Counted from the first letter of the whole stretch, positions 21,384 to 33,830 are shown. The stretch: 63,231 bases of DNA, filler included, from Octopus bimaculoides (GCF_001194135.2; 8 parts of 8 records of this genome joined end to end with filler, not necessarily neighbours in it); one strand, 5' to 3'. Notes: a model not told the origin generated them from the sequence alone. Program-made: numbers and translations.

Positions 21384-22427
21384 GCGTACATATATGCGAG
21401 TGTGAGTACTTCTGTGTGTCTGTAGTTTTTGTGTGCATGTGTGTGAGTGTGCGTGCGCGCACGAGTCTCTTTATGATAATTTTTTTTTACTAGCATGACA
21501 GGTTTGAGTAATATTCTAATTTATATTCATGTCTCGATATATGCTTATAAATTGTCGTGCACATACTGACATATATGGCATGTATTTGCGCCTATATTCA
21601 AACATACAAGCAGACATAAATCCAGACTTTGTAACGCATAAAGTATTTTCAGAAACAAGCATATGCTATACACAAAAATCAGACTTCCGATTTTTTTTCA
21701 CTTATATTTGTTTCCAATTTTAGCGAGGAGCCGGGAGGTGGGTCGAAGCCACGTATCATTGATATGCAATTATGTAAAATGTAAAATATAAATCTGTTAG
21801 TCAGATTTGCTTTCACTGGAAACTGTCTTTACTTCAATTTATTTGTCAGTGCACGTAGAGAAGCTGTATTTTACCAAGAAGTCAGTAAGATTACGCGTCA
21901 ACTAAAGCTTTTATGAAAGCTATATGCACACCAATATGACAAATGTGTGATAGTTATGTAAAATAGCAAACAGTAATATCCCTCTCACACACAAAGTATG
22001 CCATAAAAAAAACAGCCAGCAGTCCGATAAAATGATACAGAAAACAACTAGTAGTAAAAATAAATGGAAGCCATCGTTTAAGTAAATTTAGGGCTATTAA
22101 TGACAAATAGTTAAAATTCTTAAGATGATGTTCGATTTGTTTATTTTGTGTGGTTTGTAATGTGTTGCTTTCCTATAGAATTGTAATGTAAGCTGATGAC
22201 AAGGAAGAGTGAGATGATTCTGTAACATGAGATATAAATTAGATAAAATAATGACATATGAATTAACACAAACATCCTTCAACCTCTCTCTCTCTCTATC
22301 TATTTTTCTCTCACTTTCTCTCTTTCCCTCTCTTTCTCTGTCTTTCTGTTTGTTTCTTTCCGCCTTTCACACATATTTACACATAGGTTTCTATGAAATT
22401 TAAATGATGCAAATCTGAGTCACTCTG

Positions 22428-22460
<33 letters not shown>

Positions 22461-22509
22461 NNNNNNNNNNNNNNNNNNNNNNNNNNNNNNNNNNNNNNNN
22501 NNATATATA

Positions 22510-22741
22510 TTGGATTATCCGGAAATTTCGTGCCGATTTATAGTAGCTTACCTTTCGACTTATTTGCCATGAAACCAACCACCCCAATTCTGGAAGGAGT
22601 GTATTTTCAACTTAAAGGAAAGGTGGAGACGCATTGTGCAATAAAATGGTTCATATTTGGTTGATTAAAAATGTAATACCAAGTATTTATTGACCTATTT
22701 CTTTCCTTTAAAAATCGGTACGAACTTTCCGGACAACCTTA
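22510..22741 (+). mobile_element. Mariner-derived MITE with ~30-bp TIRs
   Basis: TTGGATTATCCGGAAATTTCGTGCCGATTT ... AAATCGGTACGAACTTTCCGGACAACCT; TA flanks; internal FWKECIFNLKERWRRIVQ*NGSY is a mariner C-terminus. Confidence 0.85.
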
Positions 22742-22927
22742 TAGTTAATCATTGATGGGGCGAAACTGAGAGTTACCCTCTTGGTTGATAACTGATGAAG
22801 AATTAGTGACCCTCTGTCTCTGTCTACCATGCTGTTGTTTCCTCACTCTATGTATAATGTGTTTTATCTGTCCCTGTTTATTTACAATGCATTTTTCATT
22901 TATCAAGCAACGGTAGGCTATCACACC

Positions 22928-23290
22928 CGACATGGAGTGGCTGTGTGACACGAATCTTGCTTCGCAACTACATAATTCTGGGTTCAGGCCAACTGCATGG
23001 CACCTTGGGCAAGTGTCTTCTACTGAAGCCTCGGGTGGACCACAATCTTGTGAGTGGATTGTGTCGGCGAAACTAAATGAAGCCCGTTGTATATATATAT
23101 TTGTGTGTGTGTCTGTGTTTGTCCCAGCCAACATCATCGCTTGACAACTGATGTTGGTGTATATACGTCCCCGTAGCATTAGCGGTGCAACAATAGAGTC
23201 CATATAGAATAAATCCTGCAGTCGATTTGTTCCATTAAATGTGGTGCTCCAGCGTGGCAGCAGTCAAATAACTGAAACGAGTAAAAGAAT
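22928..23290 (+). mobile_element. SINE family A, full length
   Basis: Homology to 1348-1750. Confidence 0.9.
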
Positions 23291-23294
23291 ATAA

Positions 23295-23325
<31 letters not shown>

Positions 23326-23351
23326 CAAATATGTATGTGTGTATGTGTGTC

Positions 23352-23393
<42 letters not shown>

Positions 23394-23493
23394 NNNNNNN
23401 NNNNNNNNNNNNNNNNNNNNNNNNNNNNNNNNNNNNNTTAATTAATTAANNNNNNNNNNNNNNNNNNNNNNNNNNNNNNNNNNNNNNNNNNNN
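23394..23493. other. Artificial scaffold-joining spacer
   Basis: 44N-TTAATTAATTAA-44N. Confidence 0.95.
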
Positions 23494-23571
23494 ACAAATC
23501 TCCTCCTAAAATTGGAGTGACATGCGTGCTAATTTGTGGACGTGCATAAATCATATTCACGTACACACGCG

Positions 23572-23624
<53 letters not shown>

Positions 23625-24119
23625 CTTGGCTTTTATACATATGGATATAGATAGATGATAGTGTGTGATATAACAGATATTCAGCTGCTATTTCTAGTAC
23701 ATCTAACAACCACATTAATGTTCCTCATTTCCTCAGTGAAATAACCAGATATGAACCACTCGTTTAAGCCTCAGATACACTATACTTCCTTATTGTGGGT
23801 GAACCTGCCTCTCATTCTCTGTGGACATATTGTGTTACCCCTCTTCCTATCTGCTTCTGTCAACTCCTAGCTTCTTATGATATCCACACTAAAGGTAGAC
23901 TCAACTGATGTTTGAAAACCTCTATCCTTAACTCTGATGGTATCACTTCCAGCCTAGATTTTGTAACTAATGATGTTATTGATCTTGATATGGTTGTGTG
24001 TGTTTTTATAAGTCTAGACAATATGGCAAAGATAACAATTACAGGATGGTATTGTTGTAGAGGTCAGGAAGATCATATATGTGTCTATTACACTTGTAAT
24101 GATTGTATATGTATATTGC

Positions 24120-24600
24120 ATATATCATCATCATCATCGTCGTCGTCGTCATCGTCATCATCATCATCATTTAACATCCGCCTTCCATGTAGGCATGAGT
24201 TGGACAGTTTGATAGGAGCCAGCCAAGCAGAAGACTACCCCCGGCTACTGTGTCTGTTGTGGCAGTGTTTTTACGGCTGGATGCCCTTCCTAACACCAAC
24301 CACTCTGCAGAGTGGGCTCAGTGCTTTTTATGTGGCACAAGCACAGCTGAGGTCAGTTTGGGCATGATTTTTACAGCTGGATGCCCTTCTAAATACCAAC
24401 CACTTTACAGTGTGGACTGGATGCTTTTTGTGCGGCACCAGCACCAGCAGGGTCACCAAGTAACTTGCAAGACAATGAATTTTGAGAGGAGAGAGGGCAT
24501 TGGAGGAGGAGATCTTGTGCCAGATGATGAAAGGTTAGAGTATGACAGAAAGACAGAAGTAGAAACAAATGTCTTGCTGTTGTGGAAGGATTCCCACCCC
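24120..24600 (-). mobile_element. RTE-tailed non-autonomous retroelement (family D)
   Basis: Minus-strand 3' end CATGGAAGGCGGATGTTAAA(TGA)n and internal GTTAGGAAGGGCATCCAGC (twice), shared with 33610-33830 and 60325-60530. Confidence 0.7.
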
Positions 24601-24618
24601 CACCCTCAAGGGACTTAA

Positions 24619-25720
24619 TGTAGACTGACGCACTGCTATGAAATAAAGAACTGTCAGTAGTTCAGGGGAAGCAGTTCATTGTGAGCCATTGGCAGAAAGT
24701 GCTTAACCTAATCGTAGTGCATTGTGTGAATACTTTCTTTCCCCTGCTTCATTAAATTATTTATTCAACACCAGGATATAAAAGTGGCAACGAGTTGTTC
24801 AAAGCTTACGTTGGACATTTAATTTTTTTTTTTTTTGTACAAAACCAAAGAAAAATATCATTTAACATGGAGGACCTATTGGCCTCCATGAACAGCTGCA
24901 GCAACAGCAACTACAACAGCAACAACAAAACCAACAATTGCTGGAATTAATGTTGAAGAAGTCTGAAAGTACTTCAAGTTCGTACTCGTCAGACAGTGTA
25001 ACAAACTCAATTGAAAACTTCAATTACCTTCTCTGTATATCTTTGAAGATACGAAGAAATTTTCAAAGAAGAATGTAAAAATTGGTCTGACAAGGAAGTA
25101 TGACAAACTTTTAAGAAACTTATCCTCTGCCAAACATGAAAAATATAATAACTATATACTGTTGAAGAAACCAGGTGAGATTTCTTTCAATAAAACAACT
25201 TTTTATCAAAAATTTTCAGTGAAAGAAGTTCCCTGTTCAATAGACCCTGGCAGTGTTTAAATTTGTTTAAAAAAGATGATGAAGATTTTGTCACCTATGC
25301 TGGGGTTGTTAACAGAGAGTGTAAAAAAAATTTAATCAAATGAATTAATCCTAGACAAGTTCAAATGTCTAATTTTTGTTCAAGGGCTAACTGCAAGCAA
25401 AGATGCAGATATACCTTCCCGGATATTAACAAAATTAGAACAGGATCAAAAATTAACTCTACAGGCAGTAGCAGAAGAATGCCAAAGGATTATAAATCTA
25501 AGACATGGCACAGATAAAATTGAAGAAAGCGATTACTCTCATATTCATGCGTGTCAACTGGTGACGGATTAGAAAAAAGAGAAAAAAATGTGAAGACCAA
25601 ATTCATGTTATGAGTGCTGTGGTCTACATTTTAAAAGTAACTGTCCATTTGAAAATATAAAATGCTTCATGTGTAGTAAGATAGGTCATAAAAAATTACA
25701 CTGTAAAACAAAATCTAAAA
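24619..25720 (+). mobile_element. Ty3/Gypsy (K02A2.6-like) relic: putative 5' LTR, PBS-like TGGCAACGAG (24785) and frameshifted gag (from 24867)
   Basis: FSERSSLFNRPWQCLNL..KDDEDFVTYAGVVNREC...FKCLIFVQGLTASKDADI.SRIL; two Cys/His knuckles CYECCGLHFKSNC and CFMCSKIGHKKLHC. Confidence 0.8.
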
Positions 25721-25729
25721 AACAGTTTT

Positions 25730-26360
25730 CATCCACCACATCCCCTTCCCTCTATCTCCAATCTCACCATCATGCCCCCCCCCCCAACATGCCATCTTCT
25801 ACTCTTTCTGCCACTTTCAACCTCCAGTTAGTTCCCCCTTTCACTCATTCCTTACTTCAAGTATGACTGCAATCTCTAAAGTCTCTTCATCCACAGCTCC
25901 TTATCTATAACATACTGTCCTCCTCCAGGATCCCTTCCCTGTTCCTGTTCCCACTGTCATACCGCCTCCTTCTTTTCTAATATCATCTCCATTACTGGAC
26001 CTGACACTCACACTTTCCACATCAAAGACCTCTTCCTTTACATGCACTCCATTGCTTCCTCTACAATTTTCTTTTGCATTAGATAAACCAGCTGCTGACT
26101 GTCTAATAGGTTTGCAGCACATTTCAAAGACATCTGACTTGGCAATAGATCTCCTAACAACCGGCAATTGTACTCTGCTGACCATTCCCCCAACACCTCT
26201 CAGTCTTCAGCCTGGCCCTAATTCCCCCACCACCCCTAGCTTCACCACCACCTCTAGCTTCCCCACCATTCACCTACAGAGGGACCAGAGGTTATTTCTC
26301 TTCTCTCCAAACTTATAGTCTTTTCAGCCTCAACTATTCTTTGCAATTCTTCTAACTTCC
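25730..26360 (+). mobile_element. Penelope-like GIY-YIG endonuclease relic (highly degenerate), followed by a pyrimidine-rich tail to ~27300
   Basis: With frameshifts: ..FPVPVPTVIP/CSHCHT..ITGPDTHTFHIK...LSNRFAAHFKDI*LGN...SADHS...FSLQTYSLFSLNY. Confidence 0.65.
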
Positions 26361-28606
26361 TGTCTTCTACCTGCCCTTCACTTTACCTGCATTTCCCCCA
26401 ACCCTACATTTTCACTATTCTCACATAAACACACACACACCCATCTCCCTCATCTTCTTGCTCCCTTAGCACTCCCATATATATTTCCTCACTCCCTCAC
26501 ACGATCTCCTCTCACCATCCATTCCCTCCTTGCTTGAGATCTGTTCTTGCCTGGTTTGACTATTATCCAATACAGCAGTCAGTCTTTATCACTTTCCCTT
26601 CCAGCCTCCCATGTACAAACACACACACACACACACTAATGTACATACATCCATTCATCTTCTAATCTCTTATTATCTTCCCTAGCATGTCTCTCCATGC
26701 ACTTTTGCCATCACCAATTGTCAATCCATGGCATCAGTTTTTTTTGTTCTGCCTTCACCACTTGTTGTTCTTGTCCATTTTCATATCTCTGCTGCATACT
26801 GGAATTTACCATTTCATCTTCTTTAGACTCTCTCTTACAGTGTAACATACTATTTTTTTCAAAAATCCTTTTTAAAAAATAACCTTCACCTTGTTGTTTT
26901 TCTTACCTTTTCTTTCCTTTTTTCTTGTTTTTTTCTTCTTACCTTTTTTCCTATATATAGAAATATTGTATTTTTTTCTTCAGAGTTTAACTGCATATTG
27001 TTTCCTCTTCTGTTTTCCTCTTTTCTTTTTCTATCTGTGTCATCTTTAACAGCCTTCACTTATCCATTTTCATCCTACTTATATTACTTTCTCTAGACAT
27101 TGTACCTGTTACCTAACCCTCAGGGTTTTCACCAGTGTTATCACTTTACTATTTTGTCAGTATTTTCCCACTATTTATACAGATTTTCGCCAGTGTTTCT
27201 TCTTAGACACCACATTTCTCTTACCTGCCATTTCATTTCACATTTGCACCTGCCACATCCTCCTCTTCACTATGCCTTCTTCTCACATTGAAAACAATTA
27301 CACCTACACAGGACCAAAATGTCTGGCACCTTGCTGTTATCAAGAAGACCCATCCACCACAGCAGAACTGATAACAGTGCTGGTGCCATGCAAAAAGTAT
27401 TGGCATTGGTGCCACACGAAAAGACTTGGGTTTTTTTAAGCATTAAAATAATATAACTTGGTAAAAATTTTCTCTCCAGTGTTGTTTCCTATTTGTGCTT
27501 ATTGTCTAATATGCATATTTGTATGTATGTACGTATNNNNNNNNNNNNNNNNNNNNNNNNNNNNNNNNNNNNNNNNNNNNNNNNNNNNNNNNNNNNNNNN
27601 NNNNNNNNNNNNNNNNNNNNNNNNNNNNNNNNNNNNNNNNNNNNNNNNNNNNNNNNNNNNNNNNNNNNNNNNNNNNNNNNNNNNNNNNNNNNNNNNNNNN
27701 NNNNNNNNNNNNNNNNNNNNNNNNNNNNNNNNNNNNNNNNNNNNNNNNNNNNNNNNNNNNNNNNNNNNNNNNNNNNNNNNNNNNNNNNNNNNNNNNNNNN
27801 NNNNNNNNNNNNNNNNNNNNNNNNNNNNNNNNNNNNNNNNNNNNNNNNNNNNNNNNNNNNNNNNNNNNNNNNNNNNNNNNNNNNNNNNNNNNNNNNNNNN
27901 NNNNNNNNNNNNNNNNNNNNNNNNNNNNNNNNNNNNNNNNNNNNNNNNNNNNNNNNNNNNNNNNNNNNNNNNNNNNNNNNNNNNNNNNNNNNNNNNNNNN
28001 NNNNNNNNNNNNNNNNNNNNNNNNNNNNNNNNNNNNNNNNNNNNNNNNNNNNNNNNNNNNNNNNNNNNNNNNNNNNNNNNNNNNNNNNNNNNNNNNNNNN
28101 NNNNNNNNNNNNNNNNNNNNNNNNNNNNNNNNNNNNNNNNNNNNNNNNNNNNNNNNNNNNNNNNNNNNNNNNNNNNNNNNNNNNNNNNNNNNNNNNNNNN
28201 NNNNNNNNNNNNNNNNNNNNNNNNNNNNNNNNNNNNNNNNNNNNNNNNNNNNNNNNNNNNNNNNNNNNNNNNNNNNNNNNNNNNNNNNNNNNNNNNNNNN
28301 NNNNNNNNNNNNNNNNNNNNNNNNNNNNNNNNNNNNNNNNNNNNNNNNNNNNNNCATTGACTCTTTCTCTGCTGTAATATTTCACATACACACATGTATC
28401 ACTCACATACACACTTTTCTTTGTATGACGGCCTGTCTTTGATTATGTTCTTATATGTCGCATTCACACTCTCACACAGACATACATCTTTAACGATACA
28501 ATAAATATCTCTGTTATTCATCTAATATGGTTGTGGTCTTTCATTACTGGTCATCTATGTTATCGACGCATAACATATCATCTATATCATCCATTGATAT
28601 ATATAT

Positions 28607-28704
28607 TGTGAGTTCGGCCGTGTGACTCGTTTAAATAAAAGGAGTCCTGTTTTTCCATTCGTCACCATTGCTCCTTTTATGAGTTCGCACGGTCGTTCCT
28701 AACA
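28607..28704. mobile_element. 98-bp TG...CA element in (TA)n (mini solo-LTR or MITE)
   Basis: Imperfect inverted ends TGTGAGTTCGGCCGTGTGACTC / GAGTTCGCACGGTCGTTCCTAACA; internal AATAAA. Confidence 0.5.
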
Positions 28705-28714
28705 TATATATATG

Positions 28715-30101
28715 CAGAGTGTCCAAAAAAATGTATACACACTTTAAATAATTGTAAAGAAAGTGTTTATTAAAATACATTTCATTTTCAAAATTTAATA
28801 GAATCTACAGACATTATTTTATTGTTTTGTCAAACCCTGTTTTCTAACTGATGTCCATTCTGGTCCAGGCACTGCTGACAACACAAAGCAATGCAATCAT
28901 AAACATCACAAAACAATTCATTTGGTATTTGTGTGCATTCTAATTCAGTGGCTGCTTTCAAATCAGCAACTGTTGCAGATTTCATAGCACAGACTTTGTT
29001 GTTTAGGTATCCCCATAAAAAAAAAGTTTAGTGGTGTGAAGTCTGGTGAATGCAGAGGGTATTCAAAGAAACCCTTTCATCCAATACACCTATTTGGGAA
29101 GGTCTCATCAAGGAAGGCTCTAACATCACAATGGTAGTGTGGGGGTACCCCATCTTGCTGAAAATAAAATTCCTCATCTTCAATGTCTTCTCTAATGCTT
29201 AGCATGACAGACTGTTGCAGTAACTTCAAGTAAACGGGACCATTCACAGCAGCATCAAAAAAGAATGGTTCAATTAATCCGCATGATGATAAGCCACACT
29301 ACACTGTAACTCCTGGTAAATTAACATGATGTTCCACCACAACATGTGGATTCTCAGGTCCCCAGTAAGTGCAACTGTGGCGGTTAATTGAACCATTTAA
29401 TTTGAATGTGGCCTCAATTACTCCCACAATCTTTGTTGGATAGTGTATGTCTTCTACATATTGTTCCAAGTACCACTTGCAATACTGCACTCTTCAGTCT
29501 GGATCATCATCATTAATAGCATGGACTAATCCTGGAACATAACTTTTCCATTGACAATGCTTCAAAATGCGTTGGACAGACGATTTTGAAATACCTACCT
29601 CACGACTTGCTGCTCAGATTTTCTTGGACTTTGGTGATACGTTTCTAGTACCCCTTCTTGCTTTGCAGGGGTTGTCAATATTTGTGGTTTTCTAGAATGC
29701 TTCTTATGGACATTCTGAACAGTTCCATTGGCTTCAAACTTATCTCTAATTTGAGTGATGGTAAGTCTGTTTGAAGCTCCCCCCTAAACTGTCTTTGCTC
29801 TTCAATTGCATTTTCACACTTCCAGTAGCATTTTAGAATGAATTTCCTATATTCAAAGATTAGTCTGACTGTCATCATTAATTCAGTGATAATAAAAAGA
29901 CTGAAAGGAGGTCTGCAACGAAATAATTTTACTCAACACTTTGCAAGTGAATCAGTGGAGGCAAAGATGCGTCTCATTTACTTGACAATTTATGCACCAC
30001 ATTGCAGAAATCACAATGTAAGTATATCTGAAAGGATAGTCTTACACTGTTGTACCGTTGAATTACAAATAATGCTCATCTGTTATGTTCGGGTGACCCT
30101 A
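28715..30101 (-). mobile_element. maT/DD37D-type Tc1/mariner transposon, full-length pseudogenised transposase (~28835-29878)
   Basis: RKFILKCYWK.ENAIE.QRQF; [23 protein letters not shown]; [11 protein letters not shown]; SPDFTPLNFFLWGYL. Confidence 0.9.
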
Positions 30102-30536
30102 TAGGTTCCAATAGTACAACTGTATTCGTCTTTGCTTAGGAAAAATGACTAAATTGTGGGTGTGAAGTCCACATGAAGGGGTCTTTGTAAATTCTAAGAA
30201 GAAGAAATTTTAGAAATATTACTTTATTTGTGTAATCTGAATGGTCAAAATTTCATCAACATCAAAAATATATGAATTTTCATGGTGGTTATGGCCGTTA
30301 TGCATAGAATATAATTTCCAAATTTCATAAAGATCCATTCAGTACTTTTTACGTAGTTTTGAATAAAAAAACATGACTAATGTGTGTGTGAGTGTATATA
30401 TGTATAGATATCTGTATGCATGTATATATGTGTATATATGTGTACATATTACATGTACATCTATATATATATATATACATCTACACATATGTATACATAT
30501 ACATGTATGCATATAGATCTCTCTCTATATATATAT

Positions 30537-31560
30537 CTATACATATGCCATGTAGCATGGCAGTTCGCACACATGTATCGTACAATCTACCTTTAATTCT
30601 GAGTGAGAGACCTTTGTCACCAGCAGAAGTAGGAGCTTTCTGAACTTTGCCCAGGCTGTTCTTATTCTAGGGGCAATGCTCTCAGAACATCCACCCTCAC
30701 TACCGACTTGGTTACCTAGGTGGTGGAAGCTATCAACTACTTCTAGTTTCTCCCCCTGGCATGTGATGAAATCTGTTTTCTGAATATCTTTGGTGTTTAT
30801 TGCTCCAGTGCATCTGCTGCACACAGAAACTATCATCCTGATTAACCTTCCATTGATGTTGTTGCACCTCTTATACATCCATAGCTTACACTGGGTACAT
30901 CTTATTGAGTTTTTATTTACACCCTTTCTATACATCAAGCAGGGCCATCTACCTGAAGGGGCTTGTGATTTGTTTGCTTCCTACTTACTAGAACTTTGGT
31001 TTTTGCAACATTGACTCTAATTCTGAACCTTGCTTCCACACCTGAAATTTCTTCTCTAGTTCTGGTAGTGATTCAGCTTTGAGAGCAAGGTCATCATCAT
31101 ACAGAAGCTCCCAGGGGCAGCCTGTCTTGAATTCCTCTGTTATTGCCTGGAGGACTATGATGAATAAGAGGGGGCTAAGGACTGATCTTTGGTGAACCTC
31201 TACTTCCACGCAGAATTCTTTGCTATACTTGTTGCCGACCCTTACCTTACTGACAGCATCCCTGTACAGGGCCTGTACAGCTCTTACTAACCACTTGTCT
31301 ATCCCTAGTTTCCACATCGCCCACCAGATATTGGTTCAGGGGACCCTGTCAAAGGCTTTCTCCAAGTCCACAAAAGCCAAGTATAGGGGTTTATTTTTGG
31401 CTAGGTATTTCTCCTTCAGATGCCTTACCAGAAACATAGCCTTAGTGATGCTTCTACCTGGCACAAAACCGAACTGCATCTCATCTAGGCTGACTCTCTC
31501 CCTAATTAGTTGGGCTATGACCCTCTCCCTGACCTTCATCACCTGATCCAGCAGTTTGAT
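30537..31560 (-). mobile_element. RTE-clade LINE reverse transcriptase fragment with a PHD-like insert
   Basis: IKLLDQVMKV..QFGFVPG..AFVDLEKAFDRVP..VHQRSVLSPLLF..LLYDDDL (YADD decayed)..CTQCKLWMYKRC..CSRC. Confidence 0.92.
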
Positions 31561-31623
31561 ATATATATTAATGGTAAGACAACAAAAGAATGAAAGAAAC
31601 CTTGATATTATGTAAATAGAGGA

Positions 31624-31732
31624 ATATATCTGTAAATATAATATGTGACAATTATTTGGTAGCCTGGATAAAACTCCCAAGCTCAGAGTTTTATCATGGC
31701 TACCGAATAATTGTCACATATTATATTTACAG

Positions 31733-31738
<6 letters not shown>
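31624..31738. repeat. Near-perfect fold-back hairpin: 53-bp arms (50/53 match), 9-nt loop
   Basis: ATATATCTGTAAATATAATATGTGACAATTATTTGGTAGCCTGGATAAAACTC-ccaagctca-GAGTTTTATCATGGCTACCGAATAATTGTCACATATTATATTTACAGATATAT. Confidence 0.95.
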
Positions 31739-31765
<27 letters not shown>

Positions 31766-31941
31766 AATAATTACAGAGGCATCAAGCTGTTAGATCAGGT
31801 TATGAAAGTTACAGAGAGGGTCATAGCCCAACTAATTAGGGAGCGAATCAATTTAGATGAGATGCAGTTTGGGTTCGTGCCAGGTAAAAGCACTACTGAT
31901 GCCTTATTTCTAGTGAGACAGTTGCAGGAGAAATACCTAGC
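31766..31941 (+). mobile_element. Second RTE RT fragment, head-to-head with 30537-31560
   Basis: NNYRGIKLLDQVMKVTERVIAQLIRERINLDEMQFGFVPGKSTTDALFLVRQLQEKYL; cut by the spacer. Confidence 0.92.
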
Positions 31942-32041
31942 NNNNNNNNNNNNNNNNNNNNNNNNNNNNNNNNNNNNNNNNNNNNTTAATTAATTAANNN
32001 NNNNNNNNNNNNNNNNNNNNNNNNNNNNNNNNNNNNNNNNN
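31942..32041. other. Artificial scaffold-joining spacer
   Basis: 44N-TTAATTAATTAA-44N. Confidence 0.95.
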
Positions 32042-32282
32042 TATATATTCAAAATTAACCATACATGCTGGTTTTGTTGTTGTTATTGTTGCTGCTACTG
32101 TTGTTATTGTCACTTACTTTTTTGTGTTTTGACGCTACTTGCCTTCAGAACTCCCTAGGGAATTTTATGCTAGCTTCATCACTTTTATTTATGTTTTTCT
32201 TTGTTTTGAAACGAGATCGAACTTCAGCATTTTATAGCGATAGATTTTAGACACTTTTTTTCTGCAACTGGTAAGATTATGT

Positions 32283-32358
32283 AGGGGGTGCAAATTTTGA
32301 TCTTGCACCCCCTGAAAATTTTAGGGGGTGCAGGTGCACCCCCTGTTCCCAGGCCCTT
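32283..32358. mobile_element. hAT-like MITE end with four alternating AGGGGGTGCA motifs
   Basis: Two adjacent hairpins (11-bp and 10-bp stems) ending TTCCCAGGCCCTTG. Confidence 0.5.
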
Positions 32359-32439
32359 GGATGTGCAGGCCATAAATTTAAGCTTCAGACTACTGGCTTG
32401 ATGAGCCTACTCTGGCACACTGGCTCAACATGTCCTGGC

Positions 32440-32645
32440 AGATGGGTGCAATTTTTATACTCTTACCCAGTAGTTAAGTCAATTACATCAATCCCTGTGT
32501 TCAAGTGGTACTTATTCTATCAACTCCAAAAGGATGCAAGGCAAAGTTGGCCTCAGCAAAATTTTGAATTTAGAACAAGAGAACAAGTGAAATACCACCA
32601 AGCATTTTGCCTGGCATGCTAATGATTTTGCCAGCTCACCGCCTT
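32440..32645 (-). mobile_element. SINE family B
   Basis: AAGGATGCAAGGCAAAGTTGGCCTC...AAGCATTTTGCCTGGCATGCTAATGATTTTGCCAGCTCACCGCCTT. Confidence 0.8.
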
Positions 32646-33609
32646 ATGAAGATTACTTATCAAATATTAATCACTTGATTAGCTAAGACCTCTTGCTTCT
32701 AATAATGTTTTAATATCCTGGCTTTGAAAATACAACTGAAAATAATTTGTTTACCTTATGAACACTTATTACTGTTAAAGAAAAACCTCAAAGATAATTA
32801 GCAGTTGTTCAGCTGTGACACAATTGCATACAAATACCTGATTATCACTTTTATTACAGTGTTAATTAAAATGCTGCCTACCAGTCCATTTTGTGCTATA
32901 TTTTCTGTTGCACCATTGATTTAATTTTGCTATATATATATGCATGGAAGATGGACATTAAATGATGATCATGATGACATATATATATAAGAAATTAATG
33001 GCTGGAGTGCTTTTGATCATAGGTTTGCTCAATTGAGGTTGACCCATGGCTAAACAACAACAATCTGTGTCATTTTATCTGGGATGCCTCCACTCCTTTC
33101 AGAATTCTCTTTTTCTATCTTGAGTAGAAACACTCTCCTCCATCAATTTACAATGCTGGTTAGGAGTTTGTTTCATGAATCTTCATGTATTGAAAGCTGG
33201 ATTGAGTGTAGGACTATAAATAGCTTCACACTTCAGAAATATTTTGAAGGCCATAGTTGTCTGAAAACACTTGAAATATATTGGTCACATTGGATTTAAA
33301 CATCTGACTTAATTAATCTTGAAGTCTTAAATAAAGAAATAGCTGTTTAATATTTTAATTCTGCTGAGTTGTTATTTTCTTATCAAAATAATCATTAACT
33401 AGCAGAACCTGTGGAAATTCTACAATAAATGCAAAATTTTTTAGATGGTTGGGAGATTATACAGAACCATAAAAATTAATGTTTCTTTTGAAATTTTATA
33501 TTCTGCATTATTTTCATTTGAAAGAAAAAAAAAAAAACTTTCAGCTTCTCTAGGGTGTAACTGAAGGAGCATGAGCTTCACACTCTCTCAGCAGTTCAGA
33601 GGCTCATTT

Positions 33610-33830
33610 CTAAAAGTGCTGGTGATACGTAAAAGGCACCGGTGTTGGTGACATGTAAACAGCACCCACTGCACTCATGGAGTGATTAGTGTAAGGAAGG
33701 GCATCTAGCCACAGAAACCAAGCCAAATCAGACCGGAGTCTGGTACAGCTCTCCAGCTTACTAGTTCCAGTCAAACTGTTTAACCCATACCAGCATGGAA
33801 TACAGACACTAAATGATGATGATGATGAAC
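33610..33830 (+). mobile_element. RTE-tailed family D copy
   Basis: GTAAGGAAGGGCATCTAGC...CCAGCATGGAATACAGACACTAAA(TGA)n. Confidence 0.7.

Noticed and set aside
22755-22810. GAAAC...CTGATGA in type II hammerhead order
   Set aside because: Stems I and II do not pair.
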